Position numbers and translations under genes: made by a program. 64,000 nt of DNA. Source: Epiperipatus broadwayi. Its lineage: Eukaryota; Animalia; Onychophora. The number at the start of each line of letters is the position of its first letter. Positions within the stretch are counted from its first letter, which is position 1. The stretch covers positions 558,001 through 622,000 of the forward strand of contig JAQFVV010000010.1 in assembly GCA_028023455.1 (NCBI GenBank), in the 5' to 3' direction. Shown here piece by piece: positions 39,201 through 52,074 of the stretch. The notes beneath the pieces are model-generated. The model did not search any database. It saw nothing but the letters and a program-made list of their open reading frames with translations, and was not told the origin of the DNA.

Positions 39201-39428
39201 TTTAAAAAGCTAATTCTGAAATTTTGTATCAGAGATTGGAAAGGAATAAGAAGAGCAACCCCATCTGTGCAATTTGTCAATTATCTTTTGATTTGAATTA
39301 ATATGTAATTTTGTCTCTCCCAAACAAACTAAATGAGGCAAAAACTTCTTTGTCCAGTGAGCAAGAGCATCAACTCTTTTATCAGAGTTAAGCCCATGGA
39401 CATTTAAGCAAGATATTTTTAATTTCAT
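36250..39428 (-). pseudogene. LINE ORF2 (APE endonuclease, reverse transcriptase, C-terminal CCHC) with two frameshifts (~39285, ~37400)
   Basis: APE motifs: ISCLNVHGLN, LGETKL, ILLGDFN, PFSDHHAI. RT motifs: NLRPISM, QLDISAAFDSV, IPQGSALSPLLFILY, YMDD, SGLVFNLKKS (across the frameshift), KFLGLP. C-terminal CSLC..EDDTIFHIFNDC. Confidence 0.92.
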
Positions 39429-39505
39429 TCAATATATATAAAGAAAAAAAAGTTTAAAGAATTAGCTTGAGTCTAGATATTTTGTATATTTTTTAAAAAA
39501 AACAT

Positions 39506-41548
39506 TTAGGGTATGAGTGACGATTCTTCAATCTTATCATGTTTTTTATCAAGGTTATCTGTAATATTAATATTATGTTCAATATCCATAAGTTTTTGAG
39601 GAGTGCCTTTTTTTGTAGAAATTTTGTCCATGTTTGAATTCCCTTTAGAAGTGATGTCAGACATCTGAGATTTAATTAATGTTAATTTCAGATTGTCAGC
39701 TTTAAGTTTTTTGCTCTTGACATTTGTTTTGCACAATTCATTTCCAGAAGAACTTTTATTTGAGTCTGACAAATCCTCAGAAGTCATTGAATGTGATTTT
39801 TCAATAAAATTCCTATTACCTCTTCCTGCCTTTCTTTTGGATTTTTGACGAATATAAGAATAATTTGTTGTCATAATTCCATCCGAATCAGAGTCCATTA
39901 AGTGTGACTTGTTATCTATAATCATTTGCATGACAGATTGTTCTTCTACAATATGGTTCTTTACAGGAAGTACAGGCATCAGAACTTCATGACTTTGTTC
40001 TTCTACAATATGGTTCTTTACAGGAAATATAGGCATCAGAACTTCATGAGCTTGAGGCTGTATGAATAATTCTGAAGGTGATTGTAATATAGCAAGTATA
40101 TTTTGATTTGAAGACCTATCACAGTTATGGAATTTGCTGTTTCTTCCCTTGCATTTAATGCAAATTCTAGCAGGGCAGTCTTTTATGAGATGTGTTCTTA
40201 GACGGCATAGGAAACACTGTGGGGGAATACCCCGAAATGAAATTATAAGAGGAGCTGACTCTGCACAATGAATTGTAGGAATTGAAGTAGGAGACACACC
40301 TTTAATCAGTGATAATTTAAATAGAGCAGAGTTTGTAATGACTTCAGTATTTGCCCTTTTTTCCAATATATATTTGAACTCTGAAATTGAACCATAAGGT
40401 TTTAATAATTTTTGGAGATCATGTTGCCCGAAATTCAAATAACAGTTTCTTTTATGGCCTGATAAGCTTACTGGCCTGTTCATGTTTACATTAACCACTA
40501 TTTTGTTGTTAATGATTTTAAGAGAATTTAGTAAAATGCTTTTCTGTAGAATATTATGACATTGAATACCTATTATTTGGGTGATTTAACAATTGATAAA
40601 TATGAAAACATAATTTTTTTCCAGTAATTTCTTGGCAGAAATGATCAACAGGAAATCTAAAAAGCTCTTTGTTTCTGTTTGTAACTGCCAGAACAATTGA
40701 TTTTTCATTAGTGTAGTTGATGAAAGATCTTAGAAGCTGATCAGAGATAGATTCATTAAACTGAGAAATAATACTATTGATTTCATCTTGGTCTAAGTTA
40801 GCCACCGAGGCTGAATCATTATTAAAAATATTTTGCAATGAGGGAGATGTATCTTCATCACAAATATTGAATATATCATTATTAGATAAAGAATTGTTAT
40901 CATGATTAATTCCTGATGTATTACATGGATTTAAGAGTATATTAGCATATGATTCTTTTCAGAGTTGCTTATAACTGAAGGTGATTGAAGCAGTGAATGA
41001 TTTATCTCATTACCTGATTTCTTATTGGATATATCAAAATTAAAACTAGATTTAATAGTATTACATTTGTTATAAACAAATGAATCATTTTTAGCATTTG
41101 TAATATTATTTTTATCAAGTTGTGGGAAATCTTCTCCTTCCATAATGTCATCATTTTGCACAAAATCATTGGATTTATTTTGTAATAAAAAAATATCTTT
41201 CTTAGAAATAAATTTATTCATTTTAGCAACATTTTCACTTAATGATTTATTAAAAACAAAACTTTTTTTATTCTTTGAATTTCTTAAAAGCATTGTTATA
41301 ACTTCAGCATTGTTATCCCTAACTTTTTTAACTCGACTATTTTTAACTTGATTATTTTTAAAATTTGAAACTATCTCTGTGACATTATTATCATTTGATG
41401 AAAGTTGTTCAAACTTTTGGGATTCATTTAATAAAGATAGATCTTTGTTATCAAACATGTTTTCAATTGAGGAAGAGAGAGAAAAAGATTTCTTACCATT
41501 TTTCTTCTTTATAGATGTTCTAAACTTTGATTTCATAACGGATTCCAT
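39506..41548 (-). pseudogene. LINE ORF1 (gag-like, CX2CX4HX4C knuckle) broken into three ORFs; contains an in-frame 57-bp tandem duplication at 39938-40049
   Basis: CFLCRLRTHLIKDCP followed by CIKC...FHNC. HEVLMP(I/V)(F/L)PVKNHIVEEQS occurs twice. Homologous to ORF1 at 14275-16252. Confidence 0.85.
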
Positions 41549-42749
41549 ATTTCATTCTATTTCTTTCTTACTTGAGCTTGAATTCATTAATTGCATAAAA
41601 TTTAAAATTTCCATGAAAATTTAGTTGTTTTGTTTCTCCTGGCAGTAAATTTGATTAAATTTTCACTATCATGTTTGACAAAATTTATCTTTATTCTTTA
41701 TTATATTATTCTTTATTATATTTTCAAACATTTTGAATTATTTGTTAGAAATATGTTTACAAATAGAAATTACTTTTAAAAATATTATTTCAACTTTATA
41801 GAAAAAAAAAATTGGGGGCTAATTACTAATTACATGATAAAAAAATATTTAAAAAATTATATTTGTTTTTACTCAATTTCTGTTAAGATTATTTGCAGCT
41901 TACAAAATTATTTAAAATTTTACATTTTACTTCTAATTATTTAAAAGGTCAAAAAAATCTCATATGACAAATATTAATGTATACTTTTTCACTCACTTAT
42001 ATGTTACAGATATGTGTTTTTCATTTTTCCTGAGTTATTTTTTATAGAGTAAATATTTTTGAATAACATCTGAATTTAATAACTTTATTCTTCTAAAAAA
42101 ATACACAAACTTTTGCAAAAATTATCAAATATTTTAAGAAACTACAGAAAATATATTTTTTATTTTATCAAAAGAAAAGCAAGATCACTCTCAAAACCTC
42201 CTATGCAGGGGAAACAATTAACAATCAGTAATGTTATTGGCTCATCAGACATTTGTAGTAGGATTCTTCTATGTACTATATTGATATCTTGAGATTTTTT
42301 AAAATCACTATTGTTTTAGTTCCAGTTTTTTATCATCAAATGAATAGAAAACTGGCAAAAAAGAATGCTCAAAATAACTGCAAGAGATTGTGTTAAAGCC
42401 AAATGATTAGAAGCATCATTACATGCTCCAGAAAACTCTACAATTGACAATAAAAAGGTTAAAACCTACAATTTTTATTCATTTGCTATATAATAATCAT
42501 ATATTACATTTCACAGATTTAATTCTAAAATATTTAGATAAACATAAATTAATCATTTTTGACTTCAACTAATTGTTTTACAGTGAAAAGAATTTAGACA
42601 TTAGCAGCTGCAAGAAAAACTATTTATTGTTGATATAAATGATGTTCAAATGAATTGGCTTTTATTTAAAATTCCCATGGCTGAGCCACAAAACACATTT
42701 TTAATAATTTTGAAAATTAATGGTAATATGTAAATATTACAAATTTACA

Positions 42750-44550
42750 TCGTAAAATATTATATAACAATTTTTTTAAAATTAAACTAACGATTATTCC
42801 TAGCTCAGATATAATATTTAAGACTCAGTTAAAGATTAATATATTTGGATTTTTTTATTTATACATAAACACACGGAGTGACACAATTTCATGCCTCTTT
42901 TTTTTTATGTAATATATTTCTAAGATATAATTAAACTCCCATTTCACGAACTTTCTTGAAACATATAAGACAAATGATATCAAGATGTACATTTCATGTA
43001 CTGCTCAACTGACACCCAGATTCAGTTATAGAATAAAATTTGGAAATAACAAAAGAGATTAAATTTTAAAATATTATACGCAATCAAAAGTTTATCTCCG
43101 ATATTTTTCAAAATTTTAGAAAAGGTCATGCTTAGGAAATTTATTATTTAAATAAATTACATTATTTTTTTAAAAAATTATATCAGTTATCAATCATTAT
43201 TTTAAAACGCACTTGTCTATTTAGTGAGGGCGACTGAATTGTTTAAGGGATCATTTATAAAAACTTAAACTGTTTATATTCTCTCTCTACATATATACAT
43301 TATAAATATAAACAATTAGACTTACACACACACATATTCACATGTATGTATATATATATGTGTGTATACACACTGTAAAGATGCAACGCATGTGCTTAAC
43401 AATTGCACGTTCATATAAAAAAAGTAAGTTAGAAATGGTGGGTAATTATTTGATTTATAAAGTTTTAGTATTTTTAAACGCTCTTTCTAAAAACTTTTAA
43501 ACTGTTACGAAAAAATCTTTTAGATAATTTTCATGACACTTAAGTGAAAAATATGTTTGTAATTGCTATAATTTTTATTGCTTATGTTGTTGTTTTTGTT
43601 TTAATTTTTCAGTTTTAGATTAATTATTAAAAAAAATTTGCACTGGAACAACTGTCAATTACTGTAATTAGTAATTTTAAAAAAATCATTACTTCAGTAT
43701 GTAGTTGACATTGTTTAAGGCCCTCTTTTGATTAAAATCAGAATTATTTCTTCTTTTTTTTCTGACTTTTTTCTCTCTCTCTCTTTCGGGATGAAGAAAA
43801 GGAGCAATTGCCAACGTCACGAATAAGGAAAAGTCAGCCATTTTGTTGATTTATAATCTCTATATATATTTTAAAAATAATGTATATTTTAAAAGAGTGT
43901 CACATTTTACTTAATATGACAAGTAATGATAATAGATGAAAATGACATTTAATACAATAAAGGTAAGTTTGATACAATTATATAATAATACGGACTTTTT
44001 TTTTTTTTATTGTAGATTTTATGCCGCAAAACGCCTGCAAGTGCCACGCATTAAAACTAAACCATCAAAATCAATAATGCATAACAGTTAACTCAGATGT
44101 TTAAAACAAATTTAATATTTCTATGAGGTTTTTTTTTTTATCTAACTATAATTTAATTTTTTATTCAAATATTATTTAATATTTTTTACAAACATTTTGG
44201 AAAAGTATATAGCAAGTTTTACTAATATTTTTTGTGTAGTTATTGGGGCGGAGATATATTTATGTGTTTGTGTGTATATGCGGATATGTTTTGATTACAT
44301 TAGCATATAAATACCAATAATTGTACACTTTCAAATGTTTGTGCGCTTAGTTTTAATGAATGCTTTTGTAAATTATACAGCAATATGTATATATTTATGC
44401 AGTAAGAGAATGAAAAAAAGCTTTGTGCTATATTTTCTTTTGTTTTACGTTTTAGAAGTGAGTTAACTATAATTTATTATGCAAAAACCGACCACTAAAT
44501 GACTAACATCATGTATTTAAAAATTACTTTGTCAATAGCGTAAATTGAAG
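42750..44550. promoter_or_regulatory. CpG-retaining segment, candidate unmethylated promoter or enhancer
   Basis: Roughly two dozen CpGs by eye in ~1.8 kb, against a background where CpG is rare. Includes AACGTCACG (CRE-like, ~43813), GGGGCGGAG (GC box, ~44245) and a CT-repeat tract. No TE hallmarks seen. Confidence 0.35.
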
Positions 44551-47500
44551 GTATATAAATAAATAAATAAATAAAATAGTCTAGTGCAATAGTTATAGTA
44601 TCCACCTTCCATGCCCATTATCTGGAATTCATATCTGGGCAGGATAAAACTTAGAAATTTTTTCAGTTTACAAATAATCTTTTTTTTTTTTTCAAATAGA
44701 TTTGGTAACTAGCTATGCTAGAGGGTAAATCTGGGAGAAGAGACACTAAAATCTCAGCATACAACCTAGTGAGTAATACTTTGTGTGCATTGTCCTTGCC
44801 CTGTAGTAAGCTATTTCAAAACTGTTTTTATTTTTACTTGTTATATGTATGAAGAGCTTTATTATTACAAAGGTAGTGCAGCCTATTTTCATGCCTTATT
44901 TCAATGGTAGTGCAGCCCTTTTCCACGTCTATCATGGCCAGACAAATTAGTTCAAAGCAGGTTTTTTTTTTTTTTACAATTTAATGGTACATAAGCACAT
45001 GTAGATAAACATTCAATATAGGGTGGTAAATGTGTCTAAATAAACTTAAGTAGTGAATAAAAACAAGGATAAAGAGCTTCCCAAACTTTCACCATCCAGA
45101 AATTATCTAATCTAATGTTTCTTTATATCAAATTATTTGCCCTGCAGTGGGTAATTTAAAGATCATTTTATCTCTTATTGTAAAAAGTTACATATATTAA
45201 TTTAAAGATTTTCACATACTTATCGATGTAAATACTGAAATTTAATCTGATTTTTTCCATTTCATAATCTAGAAAAAAAATCAACTATGATGTACCCAAA
45301 CAACAAACAATCAATACTGTTTCAATGCAAATGGAAACCATGCCATAATGATCCTATTTTTGACTTAAGATGGATTAGAGAAATACTATAACTAGATACC
45401 ATAGTTTCAACTTGCAGTATCATATTTATTGTTTATTGCATTTGAACATAGATAGCTCTGTTTGAATAAATAATGTTCGATGAAGTCATTTATATATATA
45501 TATTGTAATCTGAAAACTGACCAAAAGATGCAGGAATAAAGAAACATTACAATCAAGCCCATGACATTGGTCACCAAAAACCAACTATGTAACCCACATG
45601 AACTAAAATGATGCCCTAGAAAATGATGCCCTAGCACAGATGCTGGACTCAAAGATTACAGAAACAGGCACCATAATAGCTATGGATTTTCCACAGAGTA
45701 TGATTCCTCTTATAAACAACATAATAATTAATTATAATTATTAATATACAAGATTTTTATATTAGATTAAATCTTATCTCGGGTTTTATGTTTACTTTGC
45801 TTAAAATATAGATTCTTTTACAATTTTAAAATTTCATCTTAGGTTCTAAAATGTCTTTATATCAGGTTCAATTTCAAAATGTCACTTAGAACAAGAAAAA
45901 TGATAATGAATTATATATAAAATATTATTAGAATGTGATAACTATTATTCAAGCTATACATTAAACATTTATATTTTTCTCTTAGTTTTATCCTTAACAT
46001 TAATATTTTTAAGGAAGCAGAAATAAAACTACAAAATAGTAGAATATTCAAATAATTAAATTGTATGACTAGTGAAATTTTTCTAAATATTTTACTGTTC
46101 TTTTAGTATAACTATTTAATTTCTACCGACTATAAAATACATAAGTTTAATATCTTCTGATGCAACTTTTAATAAACAGTAATATGGAATAATGCAGCAG
46201 GCAATAAAGGTATATTTTATGCTATCAACTACATTACAAGTGCATTTGAAATAAAATAATTAGCATAGTATTTATTTTCTGATAATGAAAGTAAAAATGA
46301 ATAGTTAGCAAACTGAATTAATAAATTTGAAAATAAATATATTCTAATATGCAGGCAAAAAATGAGTAATAAATAAAGTAGATAAATAAATTTTATGTGA
46401 TCATTGAAGGGCACTCTCATAAAATAATTAATAATGAAAATTTTTTTAAAGTATATTTTCTGAGTAATAAATGTCATAATGCAATAATATCATAATGGCA
46501 ATGAAACAGAAATGTATTTAATTAATAGCAAAAAATATTTATTTACAACATATAATAATTTCTATACACTAGAATATTTATTACAATAAGCATTTTTTTA
46601 AAATAATTTAATATATTATACTCACAAATATTAATAAATTTTACACATGAATGTATCTTTGATAAAACATTCCTAAAAATTTATAACATAAATAATTATC
46701 ATTATTCAAAAGTTATCCCATCTATCTAATATGGTCTTTATTTCAAACAATATGCCCATAGAGTAATAACAATACATCTATATGCCTATATCCAAGCCAC
46801 TAGTTAAGATATTATATACTTTTCATGACCAAAACAGGATTGAAAAATCAGTGTGGAGACACTCTATAGGTTTTAAAAATATAACAACAAATATTATGCA
46901 AAATAATAATACACTTATATAACATTAATAATACCTATGTTGGGTCAAAGAAATAAATATGCTCAACACTTTAAGTTTAAGATTATAGTGGAGCTAATAA
47001 TGAATTATAAAATAAATATGGATTTAGATATTTGCAATATACTAAAATACACTTTAAGATTGAAATTCTATGGCAAAGTGAATAATGAAAATACGAACAA
47101 TAAAATATGAATGGGTACCCACTAACTATGTGCAAACAGCCCATAAATAAACAAGCCACATTCTCACTCATAGAAGGGCTAAATGAATATAAAAAGCAAT
47201 AGCCACCTAAAATTGTCTACAGGAATACCATTAATAGTATAAGACATGGTGCTGATAATAATAATAAATAAATAAATAATGATACATCTTGCACACACTT
47301 ACAAAAAGCATACAACACATCCATTCAGTTTAATACTACGTATACATTGACAAAACTGTCATTGCATAACAATAACATTCAATTTATGAGCTATTTAAAA
47401 TTCTTACACACACACTAACATTCATAATACTTTTATTTATAAATGCTCATATCAAATATTATAAAAGGCTGTTATACCTTGGATACAATTATTTATTTAG

Positions 47501-48298
47501 GCTTGAATAATAATAATTTAGAAAACTCCAGAATAGTAGTAAAAATTAACTCATAGAATAAATCATTTGCAATATATTTCACCCAGTTCTATTTCTTGGA
47601 TACCACCATTATAAATAATAATATAATACATAAATTATATACTTTTAAATATACCAAAAAATATATACAATAAATATTATACCCTTCTTCAGATTAGAGA
47701 TTAAAATTATCTCTTTTCATTCAAATCCTTTTTATCTTCTTAAAATGATATAGCATTATAGTCTTTCATTAAAGCAGAGAAAGCACATATACAAAGATTT
47801 ATAGCAGAGATTTTTTTTTGACAAAATATTTGCAATCAAATTTAACAACTTTAAAGATGATGAATTGATAGTAGATATTTTAAATAATATATGGTTTCTT
47901 TATAACAAATTTTTAATAGTAATATGAATTAGGGAAATGAGCAGAAAGAAAATATTAATTAATAAAAGTTCCATATTATAAGTTTATATATTTTATAATA
48001 TTAAGCATGATAACAATCTAAGTTTACTTATTTTTTTAATGTAAAGTAAAATACTTCACAAAAACAATGAACAATTTAGAAAAATATTCTTAATAACTGA
48101 AACACAGGCTTATTATATACCTGTGTCTATATATGTAATATAGGGTATATGAATCTGTGTCAGATTTTCAATTGGATGGACGGTTGAAGAGTTGGAGTGT
48201 GTAGTAGATTGGAGCCTGTCCATTAAAGTATGAAGATTGTCTATCTTAATATATATCTGAGCACTTATAGTATATATGTGTGGGAGATGATAATCTGG

Positions 48299-48342
48299 AC
48301 CAACTGATGATTGCTGATTTAGCATGAAATACGTATATTGGT
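48299..48342 (+). ncRNA. Minimal type I hammerhead ribozyme motif, copy 1
   Basis: ACCAA-CTGATGA-TTGCTG-ATT-TAGCAT-GAAA-TACGT-ATA^TTGGT. Core nucleotides intact; helix I ACCAA/TTGGT; helix III is the palindrome ATACGTAT. The first helix II pair is a T-T mismatch, whereas the other copies have G-C. Confidence 0.7.
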
Positions 48343-48769
48343 GACTATTTATCTTTTCAGCATATATGTGCTTGAGTGTATCAGTGTTATTAGATAGAGT
48401 GGAGAGTGATGGGTCATCTGAATGTCTATGCTCATATACCCTATATTACATATATAGACACAGGTATATAATAAGCCTGTGTTTCAATTATTACATTGTA
48501 GAGATGTCTGCCCATTCTTGCATATGTATTTAATGGATTATGTCCTGTATGTGTGGGGTTCAGATTGACCTTAGGTCAACATGGGTGTGACAAGAATCTC
48601 AGCCTCAGGGTGGCCATCGAGCATTCCATCACAGATTTTCAATTGGATGGACGGTTGAAGAGTTGGCATGTGTAGTAGATTGGAGCCTGTCCATTAAAGT
48701 ATGAAGATTGTCTATCTTAATATATATCTGAGCACTTATAGTATATATGTGTGGGAGATGATAATCTGG

Positions 48770-48813
48770 GCCAACTGATGATTGCTGGTTTAGCATGAAA
48801 TACGTATATTGGT
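48770..48813 (+). ncRNA. Minimal type I hammerhead ribozyme motif, copy 2
   Basis: GCCAA-CTGATGA-TTGCTG-GTT-TAGCAT-GAAA-TACGT-ATA^TTGGT, exactly 471 bp downstream of copy 1. Confidence 0.7.
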
Positions 48814-49929
48814 GATTATATATCTTTTCAGCATATATGTGCTTGAATGTATCAGTGTTATTAGATAAAGTGGAGAGTGATGGGTCATCTGAAAGTCTGT
48901 GCTCATATACCCTATATTAAAAATATTTTTAATAATTAGATGAGGTAAATAAATAAAATCTTTTATTAAAAAGGATGATTCTTTTGACTTTTTCTTTCAT
49001 TATATTTTGATAATATGATTTAAAATCATTACAATTCTATTCTCAATACATTTAGTGTTTTTATAATTCATCTTTTTCATACTTTTAACTTGACACAAAT
49101 GATAATAACTTGTATAAGTATCTAAAATAAATTAAGAGTAATTGTCTTTAGATTGAAGTGTTAATGAATGTATAATAAATATTTTATTAGTAGTTAAAAA
49201 TAATATTAATAATGAATTAAAAGATTATTTAAATTGTCAAAGGTAATTGTTACAGCTAAAGTTTGAATTTGACTAATGTTTAGAATAATAATAAAATAAA
49301 CATGGTTTCAATGTGCTTCCTAATATATGATCAGTTTTTGTTAACTTTCTTAAAAAATTATTAAGATTACTGCTTGATAAGTCAATTGAACATATATTGC
49401 AGGATAGTACTGCAATGAATAACTTTACTTTCTATTCAACCATGGAAACAAAAGAATAAAAATTAACACTTTTAAACTGATTCAAAAAATTGTAAAAAAA
49501 ATAAGCTAAACAAAACCAATCAATTTAAAAATGTAGTGAAGTGAAAAGTGTTTTACAATAATGTGTGTGTTTTTATACAAACATGCACATCAATGTTTTT
49601 ATTGTATTTCCTGTAATGTGATATTGTCAACAAACTCCCAGTATTTTATCATAATGTATAAATTATTAGCATTTTAGTTGATCTGACCTTGAATTTTTAA
49701 TTCAATCTAGACAGTTTCAACATGTGATGAATAGACAAAGAATTAAAATACAAATGAACTTTATTAATTGAATTTAATGATTAAATAAAGGATTTATTTG
49801 ACACTAATAAAAATATTTATTTATTTTTTAAAATAAACATTCTTTATTTTACTTTATCTAATTAAAAGCTTTTAATATTGTGATTGATTTACTGTATCCT
49901 TTTATTTTATAACTTTTAATATCTTTTAA

Positions 49930-50678
49930 CCCTTTTCCCACCTCTTACGAGGCTCCTCATAGACATCTGATGTCACTCTAACTCTGCCAGTTCTTATGCT
50001 AAAATATTCGTTAAACAGGTATTGAATAGGTTTTTAAAAGTTCTGTAAGATGGTGCCCTCTTCCGAATTATTTTACAAGTAAAAAATAAAAAAAAACGCA
50101 TTTAAACCTAAACAAAGAAAGAACATTATTTGTGATTGGTTCTTAGCATGCTCTCAGCCGAAAAAGACATTCTGATTGGCTGGAAAGAACAAAGAAACCG
50201 CCTGATCAAAGAAAATAAAGAAAAACGCTGAGATTTTCATTTTGAATACAATTTAAGTACTAAAAATATATAATTTGAGAAATTAAACTAGTTTTTTAAA
50301 AAATATACTAAAAAAACAAAATTATTTTCGAAAAATATCGAAGATTTTTGTAAAAATATTGAAGATTTAGTAAAAAGAAATATTTACTTTTCTATAACGT
50401 AAAAGTCGACCTTTTTGTTTATATTATATATAGCTTTTATGTTGCCGAAATTGAATATTTTAGAATAAATAAATAGCAATTTATTTTTGAAAGAACTTTC
50501 GTTCTCTTCATAACCTGAAAAATTAGTAATATACTTTTTATAAAAGTATCTGAGTTGAATTTAATATTATAGGCGAATATGTTTTAACAATAGTCTTTGT
50601 CTTCAGTTTGTGAGTTGGCCAATTAAAAGATTTGATTTTTACCTCATACAACCAATAATATAATTAGCGGTTAAAAGG
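49930..50678. mobile_element. Possible non-autonomous piggyBac-like element
   Basis: TTAA|CCCTTTTCCCACC on the left (TTAA 49926-49929) and GCGGTTAAAAGG|TTAA on the right (50679-50682; reverse complement TTAA|CCTTTTAACCGC). The interior keeps more CpG than its flanks. The TIR match is short and imperfect. Confidence 0.45.
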
Positions 50679-52074
50679 TTAAATGTTACATTCATTCACA
50701 TGCATGCATGTATGATATATTCACATGTATACTAAATTAAACTATATTCACATGTATACTAAATTAAACTATTTTTATACAGCATAAAATAACTTTGTTC
50801 ATAGCATTGACTTGAAACATAGCAAGTTTTAAATTAACTTTTTTTCAATTCAAACTATTAATTTTAATCTTTTAACCAAATATTAAATAATCTAGTATTT
50901 TTAAATAACTAAGAGCTAAATAGGCTAACTAAATTATTTTAATTCATAATATTTTATAATAATACTAATAAAGAAATTTGTTTATTATAGACTAAAATTT
51001 TTAACATTATAGATTATATATTTAGCTTACAGGGCTAAATGTTTGGCTACAATATGTTGTAAGAGTAAACTGAGCAACCATATTGAATATTTAAAAAATT
51101 ATGTTAAAACAGAAATTTTATCATAACTTAAGTTCGAATGATTAAAAAATGACATAATATATAATGTTTGAAAGATAAAACACCAAAGAAGCTGAAAAAA
51201 ATAGTCATTGATATTCAAAGTAATAAAAAAAGAATAAAAGTTAATATTTCTAATAATTATTTTCATATTATTTCATAAATTCAAAATTATCATGCATACA
51301 ACTTAAAATTATATTTTTGTTAGTAGGTTAGTTGGAATCATCATAAAATTTCTAAAAACTTCTTACCTAAGGTAATCCATCACTTGAAAACTTCATAGAA
51401 AAAGACATTAGTAACTTGCATTTTTCCTAGTAACTCTTCAAAATGTATTTCCATACAGGGGTTTGCAATGAATATGTCATTCCTAATAACAAGTAGTTAA
51501 TATTGAGCAATAATTAGTACGATTTGAATATTATAATAAAGAACTTCAATAATGTTTGTAAGTTATTAAAAATTACTACTAAAATAGTCACTATATACAA
51601 AATAAAATAAAAAGTGAATGAAATACAAAATTCATTATAGAGTTAAGCTTGAGGTACATAAGTTAGTAGTTCAAAATCAGTCCAATATAGTATTATTTAT
51701 CTTATCTTTATAGGTTTTTTAGACTCATACTGCTTCACGGTACTATGACCATAAATTTAGTAATAGCTTCATAAACTGCCACCACTCTTTGAATTTGATA
51801 TGAAGCTTTGAAATTTACATTGTAATAGTGTATAATTGGCCTAAGTTTATGTACAGTCAAAACCTTTACTTTTAGCATTTGCATATTTTTATTACTATTA
51901 AAATGCAGACAAGACCTTATAGAAAAATTTGAATTGGGTTATAATATTTGCAAAATATATTTACCTTTGTCTCATATCTCTTAATTTAAATACTGGACCC
52001 AAGCCCATATCATACCAAAAAATACAGTTAATTGATGATATAAATTTACACAATCATGAGCTATTTTTGATCAG

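Larger units (their letters stand above)
36140..41700 (-). mobile_element. Near full-length L1/Tx1-clade non-LTR retrotransposon
   Basis: ORF1 (zinc knuckle), a 77-bp spacer, then ORF2 (APE-RT-Cys-rich). A short 3' UTR contains TGAATAAAC (~36166-36174). Both ends are approximate. Confidence 0.9.
48091..48919 (+). mobile_element. Tandem 1.6x copy of the hammerhead-bearing repeat (471-bp period) with an inverted 5' piece; retrozyme-like or mini-Penelope
   Basis: 48161-48448 is nearly identical to 48632-48919. 48091-48152 is the reverse complement of ~48432-48493. No ORF with recognisable homology. Confidence 0.9.

Noticed and set aside
29284-42250. Isolated CTGATGA heptamers on the minus strand (~29284-29290 and ~42242-42248)
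   Set aside because: No helix II followed by GAAA and no helix I complement, so these are not hammerheads.
46700-47260. Possible second Penelope remnant (NGYP and TYVGS-like motifs)
   Set aside because: The motifs are short, in the wrong order for an RT-EN ORF and heavily interrupted.
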